Of a DNA stretch of 64,000 bases, positions 8,400 to 18,748 are shown piece after piece. Under the pieces are notes generated by a model that saw only the letters and a program-made list of their open reading frames with translations, did not search any database and was not told the DNA's origin. The stretch comes from a phage: the sequence record PZ053912.1; one strand, given 5' to 3'. The position numbers and the translations under genes were made by a program. Numbering within the stretch: the stretch's first letter is position 1; every line of letters begins with the position of its first letter.

Positions 8400-11111
8400 T
8401 CAAAAATCGAACATATCGAACAGAGATGCTTTCTTCTCGTAATCGAGTTTCGCTGCTGATGTGAATCCTTCAAGTGGTTTAATAAATGTCTTCTCAAGGA
8501 GAACAGTGTAGTCCATCCAATGAAGTACGTCGTCTTTAATTAAATCGGTGATTTCAGTACCAGAAGGCCATGCGATACATTTATCACCGAATGGGTTTCC
8601 TTCACGTAAAGGCAGAACATATACTTTTTCACCTTCTACAACTTGCGGTGCATCGATATTACCTTTGATAGCCCGGTTATACGTCAGAATTCCACGAATA
8701 TGGAACGGGCATTTGGGACCAGGGAATCCACCTACATCATATTTAGCAATGTTATTCGCAGAAGATACCGACGCGATGCTAATATAATTCAATTGACGGA
8801 ATTCTTTTTCAAACTCTTTAAAATATTCTTGTAATGATTCTTCACCTTCTTGAAGCATACGACGAATACATTCTTTAAGAGCTTTCTGTACTGCTTTAGG
8901 AGTCGAAGATTTCTGAGTCTCTAGACCCATGATTTTGAGTTTAGGCTCAGCGTAACGAGTACCTTCCATATCCCACACGTTTAATGCATAACGTTTCTTA
9001 CCAGTCCAGAATCCACCAATACCTTTAGAACCGAGTGGAGGCCCAGCGATAGCTTCTCGGTCCATGAACATTAAGTGTTGTTTATTGTTCATGTATTCAC
9101 ACATTTCACGGAAACCTCTATCAATAGCTGGTTCCATACGTTCACGAGCGAACTTATCTAAGAAGTCTACCCAATGGTTGGTATCACGGAATTTAGATTC
9201 ACCAACCTTATCGATAATTTTATCAGCAGATACGTAAATAGAGTCTGTATCACCATAAAGAACGAAAGCTTCACCTTCTGTACCACAAACTTCATTCAGA
9301 TATTCATTAACTTTACGTTCAATCCACTGTAAAGCCATTTGACCAAATGTTGTGATTGCAGTAGCATTACGCAAATCATAATAACGGAACCAAACGTTGC
9401 CAAGTGCACCATAAAGTGAGTTGATAAGCAATTTACGGTTAATTTGGGCAGTCATACCTGCAACTTCAGTACGTTGAGCTCTAAACAACATTTCATTAAG
9501 AGATTTAGCAGACAACTTTTTAATCTTTTCTTTAATCTCATCGCTGAAGTCGAAACGATAATCAACATCTAATGGTTCGTCAACAGAAAGATTAGGATTA
9601 TGCAATGCCTCTTTAATTATTTCGCCATTACGTTGAGCCGCAAGCATATAACCTTTATGTTCTTTACGTTGATTAAAGACCTTAGTGATTTCAGTTGGAA
9701 CTACACCATCACGGTCTTTATAATACATCATGCCGTTAGGAGAGCAACTGTACACATCGGAAGGACGTTCAGCGATTGCGTTAATATAATCATGTAGTGG
9801 AGCTACTTTAAACGTTCCTGCTATTGTTTCTGGGCTAATATTCACTTGGCGAATAATACTTGGATACAGAGATGTAAGGTCGAAACTCATTACATATTTG
9901 TATCGATTTGGAATAGGTTCCTTAACAAAAGCGCCGGGATAAGGTTGAACCGGGTGAGAACGACCTTGTGGAATCACCTTGTTCTGCTCTTTAAGGCTAT
10001 TAAAAATAATAGCATCCCATGTTTTAATTGGGCTAAACACAGATTGAATCTGTATCTTAGCATAATAACCCATGTCCAAACTCAAGTTGATGAACTGACG
10101 CTTAGCATCAATTTGCAATACACGATACACGTCGATAATGTTATAAGAAATATATCGTTGGTGATTGCTTTCACGAAGCTTAGAAATAGGGCCGTCATAT
10201 TTCAGTTTACCAACGTTCAATTCAAATTCTGAAATGTAATCCAGAGAATATGACGGTTGATTGGTAAAAGAGAATTTTTTGTAAAGGTCAATGTAATCAA
10301 GAACAGAGATACCGAACAATGTAATGATTTCACGAGAACCATACATGTTTTCGATAACTTTAACACGAGTTTTACGATGTGGTGATAAACGTTTCGCAGT
10401 AGATTCGCCAAAAATATTCTTGATTCGGTTATACACATATGGAATATCAAATGACTCAACGTTCCATCCAGTCAAAATGACAGGAGTTTTCTGTTGCCAG
10501 AAGTTGAGATATTCCATCAACAATTCTTTTTCGTTATCGAACGGCATATAAATGATTTTATCGATAATTTCTGATGGAACTTCATCACCACCTTGTTCTT
10601 GAAGCTTAGCCGCAATTTCGATAGACCATTCTTCTACATTACCATATGGAGAATTCAATAGATCAAATACGTAGAACCTGTCATCAATTGAGTCATAATG
10701 GGTGATAGCATCAATCGGATGTTTTGCTTGCGACGGCTCAGGGAACCCATCCGGAGATGTTACTTCGATGTCGAAGTTAGCCACACGAATTTTTGTATGG
10801 TCGTATTTGATTTCATAGTTATAAGTGTCAGACAAATACGCCAATTTGAAATCGTCCATGCCAAGTGCTTCAAGTCCGATATCTTCCATGCGTTTAATCC
10901 ATTGGGAGGCATCACGCATATTAGCGAACAACTTACGAGTGCACGGCTTACCGTAGATATCGAAATATTTCGTAGCCTGACTTTCTGGACAATGAGCAAA
11001 CAGTGATGGTTTATATTCTACTTCACGAGTACGTTCACGACCATTAGAATCGATGTAACGTTCAAAAATTGAATCACCAATCTGTTCAACCGTTAAGTAA
11101 AATTCTTTCAT
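8400..11111 (-). CDS. 43: DNA polymerase gp43 (family B)
   Basis: 903 aa; MKEFYLTVEQIGDSIFERYIDSNGRERTREVEYKPSLF..., exo motif FDIEV, pol motifs SLYPS and YGDTDS; recalled as RB69-type gp43. Confidence 0.97.
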   Translation of the reverse strand: MKEFYLTVEQIGDSIFERYIDSNGRERTREVEYKPSLFAHCPESQATKYFDIYGKPCTRKLFANMRDASQWIKRMEDIGLEALGMDDFKLAYLSDTYNYEIKYDHTKIRVANFDIEVTSPDGFPEPSQAKHPIDAITHYDSIDDRFYVFDLLNSPYGNVEEWSIEIAAKLQEQGGDEVPSEIIDKIIYMPFDNEKELLMEYLNFWQQKTPVILTGWNVESFDIPYVYNRIKNIFGESTAKRLSPHRKTRVKVIENMYGSREIITLFGISVLDYIDLYKKFSFTNQPSYSLDYISEFELNVGKLKYDGPISKLRESNHQRYISYNIIDVYRVLQIDAKRQFINLSLDMGYYAKIQIQSVFSPIKTWDAIIFNSLKEQNKVIPQGRSHPVQPYPGAFVKEPIPNRYKYVMSFDLTSLYPSIIRQVNISPETIAGTFKVAPLHDYINAIAERPSDVYSCSPNGMMYYKDRDGVVPTEITKVFNQRKEHKGYMLAAQRNGEIIKEALHNPNLSVDEPLDVDYRFDFSDEIKEKIKKLSAKSLNEMLFRAQRTEVAGMTAQINRKLLINSLYGALGNVWFRYYDLRNATAITTFGQMALQWIERKVNEYLNEVCGTEGEAFVLYGDTDSIYVSADKIIDKVGESKFRDTNHWVDFLDKFARERMEPAIDRGFREMCEYMNNKQHLMFMDREAIAGPPLGSKGIGGFWTGKKRYALNVWDMEGTRYAEPKLKIMGLETQKSSTPKAVQKALKECIRRMLQEGEESLQEYFKEFEKEFRQLNYISIASVSSANNIAKYDVGGFPGPKCPFHIRGILTYNRAIKGNIDAPQVVEGEKVYVLPLREGNPFGDKCIAWPSGTEITDLIKDDVLHWMDYTVLLEKTFIKPLEGFTSAAKLDYEKKASLFDMFDF

Positions 11112-11155
11112 TTAATTTCCTTTAGACGAGTTATTGTCTTTTGTTTGTTGATGAA

Positions 11156-11189
11156 CTTATTATACTCCAAATGGGACCGAAGTCCCATT
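11156..11189 (-). promoter_or_regulatory. UUCG-tetraloop hairpin (AATGGGAC-UUCG-GUCCCAUU on the transcript) directly after the regA stop, abutting a TATAAT element upstream of gene 43
   Basis: Seen directly; hairpin 11170-11189, TATAAT (minus) at 11156-11161. Confidence 0.4.
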
Positions 11190-11192
11190 GCT

Positions 11193-11561
11193 TTAATTAC
11201 CAATTGTATATTTTGCTTTCAAAGTCCAGTCATCTTTCTGTTTAAAGGAGATAACACGGAAGTTATTAGTCAGGCCAAACAGATCTTCACGAGCAGAATC
11301 TTCAATAACAATCAATCCCCAGTCTTCAAGCAACTGAGCAATCGAATCACGTCGCTGATAGTCTTCACCGTCAATATCAACCTGACGTCCATCCATACGC
11401 AACATTTCTTTAAAGTGGACGATATAGTACTTACCTTGCTTTTGGAGGATATGACAAGACTGGTAAAGGACTTTATCCTTGTTATTAGCGATGCCCATGC
11501 GGGTCAAAGTCTCTTTGACTTTCAGAAAATCTTCAGGGTTCTTCAATTTAATTTCAATCAT
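11193..11561 (-). CDS. regA: RegA translational repressor
   Basis: MIEIKLKNPEDFLKVKETLTRMGIANNKDKVLYQSCHILQK... closely matches recalled T4 RegA; start at internal ATG overlapping the gene 62 stop. Confidence 0.9.
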   Translation of the reverse strand: MIEIKLKNPEDFLKVKETLTRMGIANNKDKVLYQSCHILQKQGKYYIVHFKEMLRMDGRQVDIDGEDYQRRDSIAQLLEDWGLIVIEDSAREDLFGLTNNFRVISFKQKDDWTLKAKYTIGN

Positions 11562-11563
11562 TT

Positions 11564-12127
11564 TTACCATTCCAATGCTAATTTTTTAAATTGTTTTTGT
11601 TCTTTCACATTTTTTGTAACTTCTTTGAGAAACTCATCAGTGACCATGGCCTTCAGTTCTTTAAGGACTATTGGCAACTTGTTATTTTTTTCAAGGAGCC
11701 ACTTATACTCAGTAGCATCATTCATGTTGATTGTGTAATGTTTCATCAACAGTTTGATAACTAGTAACTCTGAAGTGTCTTCGACTAGTTTAGCCCATTT
11801 AGAGAATCGACGACCACGCGGAATTGCCGCCATCATATAGTTGAAGTGCGCTTCATCACTTAATTCAGAACCGACTAAGTTCATCATGTAAACAGCTGGC
11901 ATACATTCTGGGAACTGGGATAATGAGTTCTCAACCATAAATTTTGAGTAGTCAACCTGAGCAATTGACATAGATTTCTTTTCATTAATAGCATTAATGA
12001 TTTTAAAGAATTCATTCTCAGGTTTTTCTTTAAACATATCAGCACATTTTTGAATCGCATCAGCGTCATTAGACTTCCATGCAATTTGGTGCTCGTTAAG
12101 CTGGACGTCATCATCGAATAAGTTCAT
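11564..12127 (-). CDS. 62: Clamp-loader small subunit gp62
   Basis: 187 aa; T4 position between regA and 44. Confidence 0.8.
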   Translation of the reverse strand: MNLFDDDVQLNEHQIAWKSNDADAIQKCADMFKEKPENEFFKIINAINEKKSMSIAQVDYSKFMVENSLSQFPECMPAVYMMNLVGSELSDEAHFNYMMAAIPRGRRFSKWAKLVEDTSELLVIKLLMKHYTINMNDATEYKWLLEKNNKLPIVLKELKAMVTDEFLKEVTKNVKEQKQFKKLALEW

Positions 12128-12128
12128 A

Positions 12129-13091
12129 TTATTTCCAAGTCAGTTCACAGGTCAGTTGAAGAAGCATATACATAACATGTAATTCAATATTACTTGCTAG
12201 TCCATGAAACTTATTATTTTCGCCTGCAATTTCGTAAAGCGAAATAATACTTTTACCAGGTGCAACTTGGTCATAACATTCTGAAACTAATTTATCGATG
12301 AACCATGAATAATCTGCAGCATATTTTGGAGCTAATGCACGAAGTTGTTTGATATCTTTGTTCTTCATTGCTTCAATAACATCAGAGACTGTGCCACGGT
12401 CATTAGTTACAATAGACAGAATACCTGCATCAAGAACACCTTTAGATGAGTACTGGTCTAATTGGCCAATTGTACGACGAAAGTCTGGGAAGTTCTTTTT
12501 AACAAGAGCTGCAACAACTTTCATATCAGCGATTTCGATATTTTCGTTCTTACAGATTTCAACCATACGATGAATCATTTTCTTCATCATCGAGATTTTA
12601 TCTTCTTCGGTTGGACGCCCGAATTCGATAACTCGACAACGACTACGTAATGGTTCAATAATTCCATCGATGTTGTTAGCAGTAATAATAATAGAACAGT
12701 TACTAGAGAATTCTTCCATAAACGTACGAAGGTGACGTTGTGATTCGGCGAGGCCACTACGGTCAAATTCATCGATAACAATAACTTTTGGCTTGCCTTC
12801 CATTGAGACTGAACGAGCAAATGCAGTTAATGGACCGCGTACAAAATCAATTTTACAATCGGAACCGTTGACGAACATCATTTCAGCGTTGATATCATTA
12901 CATAATGCTTTTGCTACGGTTGTTTTACCTGTACCAGGAGAAGGAGAGTGCAAAATAATATGAGGAAGTTTTCCTTTAGATACTAAAGACTTGAATGTTT
13001 CATGGTCATACGCAGGCAGAATACATTCGTCAATGGAAGAAGGACGATATTTCTGTTCTAGAATGTGTTCTTTGGAATTGATAGTAATCAT
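12129..13091 (-). CDS. 44: Clamp-loader large subunit gp44 (AAA+ ATPase)
   Basis: 320 aa; Walker [11 protein letters not shown]; synteny. Confidence 0.9.
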   Translation of the reverse strand: MITINSKEHILEQKYRPSSIDECILPAYDHETFKSLVSKGKLPHIILHSPSPGTGKTTVAKALCNDINAEMMFVNGSDCKIDFVRGPLTAFARSVSMEGKPKVIVIDEFDRSGLAESQRHLRTFMEEFSSNCSIIITANNIDGIIEPLRSRCRVIEFGRPTEEDKISMMKKMIHRMVEICKNENIEIADMKVVAALVKKNFPDFRRTIGQLDQYSSKGVLDAGILSIVTNDRGTVSDVIEAMKNKDIKQLRALAPKYAADYSWFIDKLVSECYDQVAPGKSIISLYEIAGENNKFHGLASNIELHVMYMLLQLTCELTWK

Positions 13092-13116
13092 GTAATTTTC
13101 CTCATTATCATTAAAC

Positions 13117-13134
13117 TGGAGGATTTCTCCTCCA
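13117..13134 (-). promoter_or_regulatory. Hairpin UGGAGGA-GAAA-UCCUCCA in the 45-44 intergenic region
   Basis: Seen directly; 7-bp stem, GNRA-type loop on the minus-strand transcript, about 25 nt upstream of the gene 44 SD. Confidence 0.35.
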
Positions 13135-13166
13135 TAATCGTATCACAATAAACGTAAAGCTTTGAC

Positions 13167-13853
13167 TTAGAAGTCGTGAGTAGAATCGGCTTCCATCGCA
13201 ATAACATAACTTACTTGAGAGCTTTCAAACTTGGCTGCAACTTTATCACCAGCTCCCCACAACATTACTTTATAATTACCCGGCTGAATTTTCATATTAG
13301 CCATATTGATTACGAAGTTAAAGTTATTAGAACCATCATAATCGGTAAGAGTCAAAGAATACTTAGGACGAGTTAGTCCAGAATCTTCAACTTTATTATA
13401 GCCATTGATAACAATTTTACCATCTTTATTTGTAATAGCAATTGTATCAATCTGAAGACCACGTGAAACTCGAAGCAATTGTTGAAGGTCTTCAGCTTTA
13501 ATTTCAGTAATCACAGAAGCCACTGGGAATTGAATTGGCTTATTAGGAAAAACAATGGTGCTCTTGTCAGCGGCAGGCCAATAAACTGTGGAACGTGTAT
13601 CTGCAATTTTAATATTGCCATCAGTGTGCATTGAAATTTCAGCATCATCAGACACTAGACTCAAAATGCTTAAGAAGCTATTCAAATCATAAAGTGCTAC
13701 GTCAAAATCAATTTCATCAGAGATATTTGCTTCCGCATAAGTGGTGCCATTAACTGCACGAGTCATAATAAATTTACCTTGACTCAGCAGAATGCCAGAG
13801 TTAATAGAGGCAAAGTTTTTCAGAATAGCGATAGTATCTTTAGACAGTTTCAT
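13167..13853 (-). CDS. 45: Sliding clamp gp45
   Basis: MKLSKDTIAILKNFASINSGILLSQGKFIMTRAVNGTTYAEANISD... matches recalled T4 gp45; the ORF track start at 13868 is a TTG, so the ATG at 13853 is taken. Confidence 0.92.
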   Translation of the reverse strand: MKLSKDTIAILKNFASINSGILLSQGKFIMTRAVNGTTYAEANISDEIDFDVALYDLNSFLSILSLVSDDAEISMHTDGNIKIADTRSTVYWPAADKSTIVFPNKPIQFPVASVITEIKAEDLQQLLRVSRGLQIDTIAITNKDGKIVINGYNKVEDSGLTRPKYSLTLTDYDGSNNFNFVINMANMKIQPGNYKVMLWGAGDKVAAKFESSQVSYVIAMEADSTHDF

Positions 13854-13893
13854 TTTATTTCCTTTCAAGACAATTCAAAGTTTAACAAATTTA

Positions 13894-14310
13894 TTATGCA
13901 GCAACCATTTGCTTTTTGATAGCTTCAGGCAGTGATTCAATATATTCTGGAATTTTAGAAGCAACAATTTCGCCAGCTGCAATTAGTTGTTCGTCGGCAT
14001 CAACACAGTAGAGATCTTCCAGACGCTCAGAACCATCTTTATCAAGAACGATTTTTCCGCCGGCTTCAATAGAATCTTTATAGTGCTTACGCATCAGATG
14101 AATCCACATATCAGATACATCGTTATCAATAAAACCATAAATCATAAAACGAGTTTCTTGTGGCAAAGATTGGAGTTTTTTAGCACTTGCGTCATCACAA
14201 TGCAGGACCCATGCTTTACGAACACGATTATGGTTATGTGGGTTAGCGTCAGTACGGATAGAAGTAACTTTCAGATCAGCAGCAGTGAAACCTTTAGCAG
14301 TAGTAAACAT
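13894..14310 (-). CDS. rpbA: RpbA-like RNA polymerase-binding protein
   Basis: 138 aa ORF at the T4 rpbA position between 45 and 46; sequence not individually recognised. Confidence 0.55.
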   Translation of the reverse strand: MFTTAKGFTAADLKVTSIRTDANPHNHNRVRKAWVLHCDDASAKKLQSLPQETRFMIYGFIDNDVSDMWIHLMRKHYKDSIEAGGKIVLDKDGSERLEDLYCVDADEQLIAAGEIVASKIPEYIESLPEAIKKQMVAA

Positions 14311-14322
14311 ATTATTTCTCTC

Positions 14323-14523
14323 TTATTCGTAGAAGTCGGTAACTGTCCATGCGGAATTGCGATTAGACATTATTTTATTATACTCATCTTTAAAAGCAGA
14401 TTTGAGCATTTGTTCAGTAACAATATGTTCTTCACCTGAAAACGTATTGGTCAAAACATATTTTTTAATTTCAGGGACAACGAGAAGATGTTGGCCGGTT
14501 GAATACTCCATGTTGTTCTCCAT
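14323..14523 (-). CDS. Small hypothetical protein (45.2 position)
   Basis: 66 aa ORF; synteny only. Confidence 0.45.
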   Translation of the reverse strand: MENNMEYSTGQHLLVVPEIKKYVLTNTFSGEEHIVTEQMLKSAFKDEYNKIMSNRNSAWTVTDFYE

Positions 14524-14565
14524 TTAATTTGATGTGGTCATTATAACCACATCATGTTAAAGCGT

Positions 14566-16254
14566 TTATGAAACAGTCATTACCGTAAATCGTCCAACTT
14601 TGCTCATTTGAAGATGTTGTCCATAACGTTGAGGGTCATGGTCTCGATGAGAGATAATGAACACATTAGTATTTTGTAAACTTCCAAGAATGGTATCTAT
14701 AGCCTTAACAGCCTCAGAATCGACAGCACCATCAAAAACCTCATCAAGAATCAGAGTGTTGATTTTAACACCAGAGACCTTTTCAGCAATATCTCGCCAT
14801 GTAAACAACAATGCGATATCGATACGTGCCTTTTCACCTTGACTAAATGAAGCATAACTAAAATCTTCACGACCACGTGATTTTATAGATTCATTGAATT
14901 CTTCATCAATAGAAAACACGTAATCAGCTTCCATGATTTTAAGATAATAGTTAATCTGCTTGTTGAACAGAGGCACATATTTTTTAATGATAGCACCTTT
15001 AATACCAGAATCTTTTAACATATCTGTGATAATACCACGATGGTATTTTTCAAGAACGATATCTGATTTTGTTTTAATGATTTTATCAAGTTCTTTTTGA
15101 AGCAAAGCTATCTCATCAGCATGGTCGATAAATTCCGCCGAGGCTTGTTCTATTGCAGCTTTAACTTTCTTAGCTTTATCAATAGTGGCAATCATTGCTT
15201 GTTTCTTGGTACGAATATCAGATGCAAGGTCCTGTTTAGTCTTAACATTAGCTCTATATTCGTCCACTAGGACACTCAGATTATCTCTGTGACATGTAAG
15301 TTGCTCGAATGAGTGATTACATTCATGAAGCTTATCGGTAATCTTAGAGACAATAGGATCACCCTGGTGCAACTGCGATGCACAAGTAGGACATGTACCA
15401 CCATCATGATACATCTTAATAACTTTGTTATACGAGTCAATTTTAGATTTAATCAAGAATGCTTCTTGTCCTATCTTGTTGAATGCCTCAGTAGGGTCTT
15501 CATCAAGAACGATATTAAGTAGTCGCTCATTAGCTTCTTCGATTTCTGCTTTTAATGAACGAGCTTCTTTGGCTAGGTCGTCATACATATTCTGTAGACG
15601 CGCTACATTATCACCAGATAATTTCTTTTGACGTTCGATATTCTCGTTATAAATCTTAATTTGTTGGATAACACCATCTTTCTTGGCATCGAGAACTTGT
15701 CCCTGGGAATTAAGTTCTCGAACTTGAGACTTATTGATTTTATCCATTTCAGCGAGTGTGCCGACTTCTAAAAGGTCTTCGACAAGTTTTCTACGAGCAG
15801 GGGTGCTAAGAGCCATGAAAGGGGTATACCCTGCCGTCCCAAGCACAACGATTTGTTTAAAAGACGCGTATGACATTCCGATGCTACGTTCAAATTCTTC
15901 TTGGAAGTCACGACTGCTGGCAGATTCATCAAGACGAACACCGTCAACGGAGATTTCGAAAATATTGGGTTTTTGGCCACGTTTAATGAAGTATTTTTTA
16001 CCATCGAATTCCATCCAAAGCTCAACTAAGAGCTCTTTCTTGTTCGTGCTATTAATGATTTGCCCTTTCTTAACATCACGAAATGGTTTACCAAAAAGTC
16101 CGAAAGTAATGGCTTCTAACATCGTAGATTTACCACCACCATTTTTACCAGTGATTAATGTCTTTTGGACTTTATCTAATTGGATGTCAATAGGATTCCC
16201 ACCTACCGACATGATGTTTTGATAACGAACACGATTTAATTTAAATGATTTCAT
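14566..16254 (-). CDS. 46: Recombination endonuclease subunit gp46 (Rad50/SbcC-like ATPase)
   Basis: 562 aa; Walker A ITGKNGGGKST, long coiled-coil middle, C-terminal LILDEVFDG (Walker B-like). Confidence 0.9.
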   Translation of the reverse strand: MKSFKLNRVRYQNIMSVGGNPIDIQLDKVQKTLITGKNGGGKSTMLEAITFGLFGKPFRDVKKGQIINSTNKKELLVELWMEFDGKKYFIKRGQKPNIFEISVDGVRLDESASSRDFQEEFERSIGMSYASFKQIVVLGTAGYTPFMALSTPARRKLVEDLLEVGTLAEMDKINKSQVRELNSQGQVLDAKKDGVIQQIKIYNENIERQKKLSGDNVARLQNMYDDLAKEARSLKAEIEEANERLLNIVLDEDPTEAFNKIGQEAFLIKSKIDSYNKVIKMYHDGGTCPTCASQLHQGDPIVSKITDKLHECNHSFEQLTCHRDNLSVLVDEYRANVKTKQDLASDIRTKKQAMIATIDKAKKVKAAIEQASAEFIDHADEIALLQKELDKIIKTKSDIVLEKYHRGIITDMLKDSGIKGAIIKKYVPLFNKQINYYLKIMEADYVFSIDEEFNESIKSRGREDFSYASFSQGEKARIDIALLFTWRDIAEKVSGVKINTLILDEVFDGAVDSEAVKAIDTILGSLQNTNVFIISHRDHDPQRYGQHLQMSKVGRFTVMTVS

Positions 16255-16505
16255 ATGTATTCTCTTCGAATGAAGTCCTCTACATATTTTAACATGTCAT
16301 CTCTATCAGCAAAATATTCATCTAGTTCTGCATATATAACAACACCTGGCGCGTACTCACAGGTAACATACATTGTTCCAAAGAAACGAGGAGTTGATTC
16401 CTCGTAATTCTCAGTCCATTCAACGACGCCAATATAACCGTCACCAATACTAAATTCATGACGATGGATTTCATAATCAGTCTTCGTCATTATATGCATC
16501 CTCAA
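16251..16505 (-). CDS. Hypothetical protein (46.1 position)
   Basis: 84 aa ORF; overlapping stop-start arrangement. Confidence 0.45.
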   Translation of the reverse strand: MRMHIMTKTDYEIHRHEFSIGDGYIGVVEWTENYEESTPRFFGTMYVTCEYAPGVVIYAELDEYFADRDDMLKYVEDFIRREYI

Positions 16506-16734
16506 TACACGCTTCAGCCATTTTAAGAATAGAGCCAGGAGTATCGTTGTCCATTATATTAAAGCTAAATTCAATAGCCCAGTCGGTGCAGACATGAACT
16601 GCTTTAACTTCATTGCCTTCAACGCGTAATGGCTCAATCCAATACTTGATAGTGTTCTCGAATCCATCATCGTCTTTAACGTCCATTTCGACTTCAAGCC
16701 TGAGTCCAGCATTGTTAAATTCATCTAAAGTCAT
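16477..16734 (-). CDS. Hypothetical protein (46.2 position)
   Basis: 85 aa ORF. Confidence 0.45.
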   Translation of the reverse strand: MTLDEFNNAGLRLEVEMDVKDDDGFENTIKYWIEPLRVEGNEVKAVHVCTDWAIEFSFNIMDNDTPGSILKMAEACIEDAYNDED

Positions 16735-17750
16735 TGTGTTGCCTCAATATAAAGTTCGTTGGAATATTTGACCAGCGCTTCTCTGTCTTCGTCTGAGATA
16801 TCTGGAATCGCGTCAATATATTCTTTAATGATATCTTGAAGTGATTTAATCTCGATTTCCTGGTCGTCATCAGATTCAACACTGTTATCAACTTTAGAAA
16901 CCATACGAAGAGAGTGGACTACTTTTTCAAGTTCAGATTCAAACTTAGTCAACTCTGAATCAATTTCTGATACTATAACACGTAAGGCTAGATTAGTATA
17001 ATCAGAATAATTGATTTTGCCTTTAAACGGATAAGTGATTCGTCGATGCCATGTTGTTTCATTAGGAATAAATTCCATACGTTCAACATCAGTGTCAAAT
17101 ACCCAGAATCCGCGCGGGTCGTTCTCATCGCCTGCAGTAAGGGTCCATGGTGTCCCAATATATTTGACGTTAGCAGCTTCAGAGATTGTGTGGAAGTGGC
17201 CGGACCAGACTTGTTTATAGGTCTTTAAGAAATCAGGTTCAAGCCCATGAGACTTCATTCCTTTATAGAAATAAAAGCCATTCAGTTCCCAGTGCCCAAC
17301 ACAATACGCGGCAGAAGAAGTCTTGATGTGCTCTAAGATTTCACCTGTATTTTCTTCACACATCCATGGAACGATATCAATCAGACATCCGTCAAAATCT
17401 ACAGTAGTTGGATGCTCGTAAATAGTAAAGTTTTCAAATTGAGTTAACAATTCAGAAACAGTGTTAGGTGTTATTGTATTCTTGAACGCCATGTCATGGT
17501 TTCCTATCGTGACATGAACGTGAATGCCTGCTTTAGAAATCATATCAACGATTTCACGATTGAATTCCATTGTACGATGTGTTATTGCTTTACGGACGTC
17601 AAACCAATCACCATACTGAATCCAAGTTTTAATCCCGTGTTTCTTAGAGTATTCAATTGCTTGACGAATACCATCACGTTGAATATCTTGAACCCATGGG
17701 TCATCTTGTTTGACTCCGATATGGAAGTCGCCTAAGTGCAAAATTTTCAT
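16731..17750 (-). CDS. 47: Recombination endonuclease subunit gp47 (Mre11/SbcD-like phosphoesterase)
   Basis: 339 aa; MKILHLGDFHIG metallophosphoesterase motif I, later GNHD. Confidence 0.9.
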   Translation of the reverse strand: MKILHLGDFHIGVKQDDPWVQDIQRDGIRQAIEYSKKHGIKTWIQYGDWFDVRKAITHRTMEFNREIVDMISKAGIHVHVTIGNHDMAFKNTITPNTVSELLTQFENFTIYEHPTTVDFDGCLIDIVPWMCEENTGEILEHIKTSSAAYCVGHWELNGFYFYKGMKSHGLEPDFLKTYKQVWSGHFHTISEAANVKYIGTPWTLTAGDENDPRGFWVFDTDVERMEFIPNETTWHRRITYPFKGKINYSDYTNLALRVIVSEIDSELTKFESELEKVVHSLRMVSKVDNSVESDDDQEIEIKSLQDIIKEYIDAIPDISDEDREALVKYSNELYIEATQ

Positions 17751-17796
17751 ATTATTTCCTCATTAGTTAATTCATTCTATCATCCGTTTATAAAGC

Positions 17797-17820
17797 AAAA
17801 AAGGAACTCCGAAGAGTTCC
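17797..17820 (-). terminator. Rho-independent terminator: GGAACUC-UUCG-GAGUUCC followed by UUUUUU
   Basis: Seen directly; hairpin 17803-17820 with the U run at 17797-17802 on the minus strand; lies upstream of gene 47. Confidence 0.7.
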
Positions 17821-17993
17821 TATCCACATAGTACACCGTACAGAGGCTCATTTGAACTTTTAAATCGAATGGGCTTGTATGTAATAGTTCCTTCGGCTTT
17901 AGCTTTATCATAAGACTCTTTAAAACGTCTCATTCTTTCTGCTTTGCCTTTACGGATTTTATCGAAATTTTCAGAGGTCAGGTCGTTCGTCAT
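17820..17993 (-). CDS. Small ORF (57 aa) missing from the ORF track
   Basis: Minus ATG at 17991-17993 preceded by GAGGTGA; translates MTNDLTSENFDKIRKGKAERMRRFKESYDKAKAEGTITYKPIRFKSSNEPLYGVLCG; stop abuts the terminator hairpin. Confidence 0.45.
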   Translation of the reverse strand: MTNDLTSENFDKIRKGKAERMRRFKESYDKAKAEGTITYKPIRFKSSNEPLYGVLCG

Positions 17994-18032
17994 GCATAAT
18001 CACCTCTCAGAAAATACCTAAATCGATTTCTC

Positions 18033-18254
18033 TCATCGTTTCCACCATTTCTTAACTTGAAATGAATCAACCCACACGAGTTGTTTTGGGTCTGCCTTTA
18101 CAATAGGCGGACAAATTTCTGTAATAGAACCGTCGTGATATTCCTTTTCGGAAATTTTAACACAAAGAGGACCTCCCAATTTAAGGGTGAATCCTGCGTT
18201 CAGATTAAGACGTTTAAACTTTGTTTGAACTAGCGCCATTAATGATGTCCTCAA
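18033..18254 (-). CDS. Hypothetical protein
   Basis: 73 aa ORF. Confidence 0.4.
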   Translation of the reverse strand: MRTSLMALVQTKFKRLNLNAGFTLKLGGPLCVKISEKEYHDGSITEICPPIVKADPKQLVWVDSFQVKKWWKR

Positions 18255-18537
18255 TAGCCTGACGAGTAGTAATCCACTGGATTTTAATTAACTTGTCATT
18301 ATATGGTTGTCGTAGAATATCCCGAGATTTCTTAATAGCATATTCGTAAGCTTCGAAGTTGTTTTGAATTGCTGCTTCTTGAGCATGAGCATAAAGACGG
18401 TTTAGTTCAAAACGATTCTTTTTAAGAATCTTTTCGGATTTTTTACGTGCTTCAGCTTCATTTTTCTTTTGGATTTCTTGTAGCATTTTAGCTACTGCAT
18501 CTTCTGCTTCTTTATTTTCAATAATCTCGGTAGTCAT
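18214..18537 (-). CDS. Hypothetical protein
   Basis: 107 aa ORF. Confidence 0.45.
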   Translation of the reverse strand: MTTEIIENKEAEDAVAKMLQEIQKKNEAEARKKSEKILKKNRFELNRLYAHAQEAAIQNNFEAYEYAIKKSRDILRQPYNDKLIKIQWITTRQAIEDIINGASSNKV

Positions 18538-18538
18538 A

Positions 18539-18748
18539 TTATCTCATTAAATTAAAATAAAAACGTCCATCCTCTTCAATACAGAACTCATACTCAACCG
18601 GAGTCCCATTTATCGAAAATGACACGTCATGTGGGTTCAAAGGGTCGATGTCAAAATTAATTTTAAATTCACGACCCAACAGTTTTACCAAATAAGGGAT
18701 TGCTTCGTCAAAAGGTTCTTCTAAGTAGTTAGAGATGTCAATTGTCAT
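18539..18748 (-). CDS. Hypothetical protein; start trimmed to an internal Met to avoid a 95-nt overlap with gene 55
   Basis: ORF 18539..18832. Confidence 0.4.
   Translation of the reverse strand: MTIDISNYLEEPFDEAIPYLVKLLGREFKINFDIDPLNPHDVSFSINGTPVEYEFCIEEDGRFYFNLMR

Noticed and set aside
17751-18032. Alpha-glucosyltransferase gene expected between 47 and 55 in T4
   Set aside because: Only small ORFs and a terminator are present; no ORF large enough to be alpha-gt, consistent with a non-glucose modification system.
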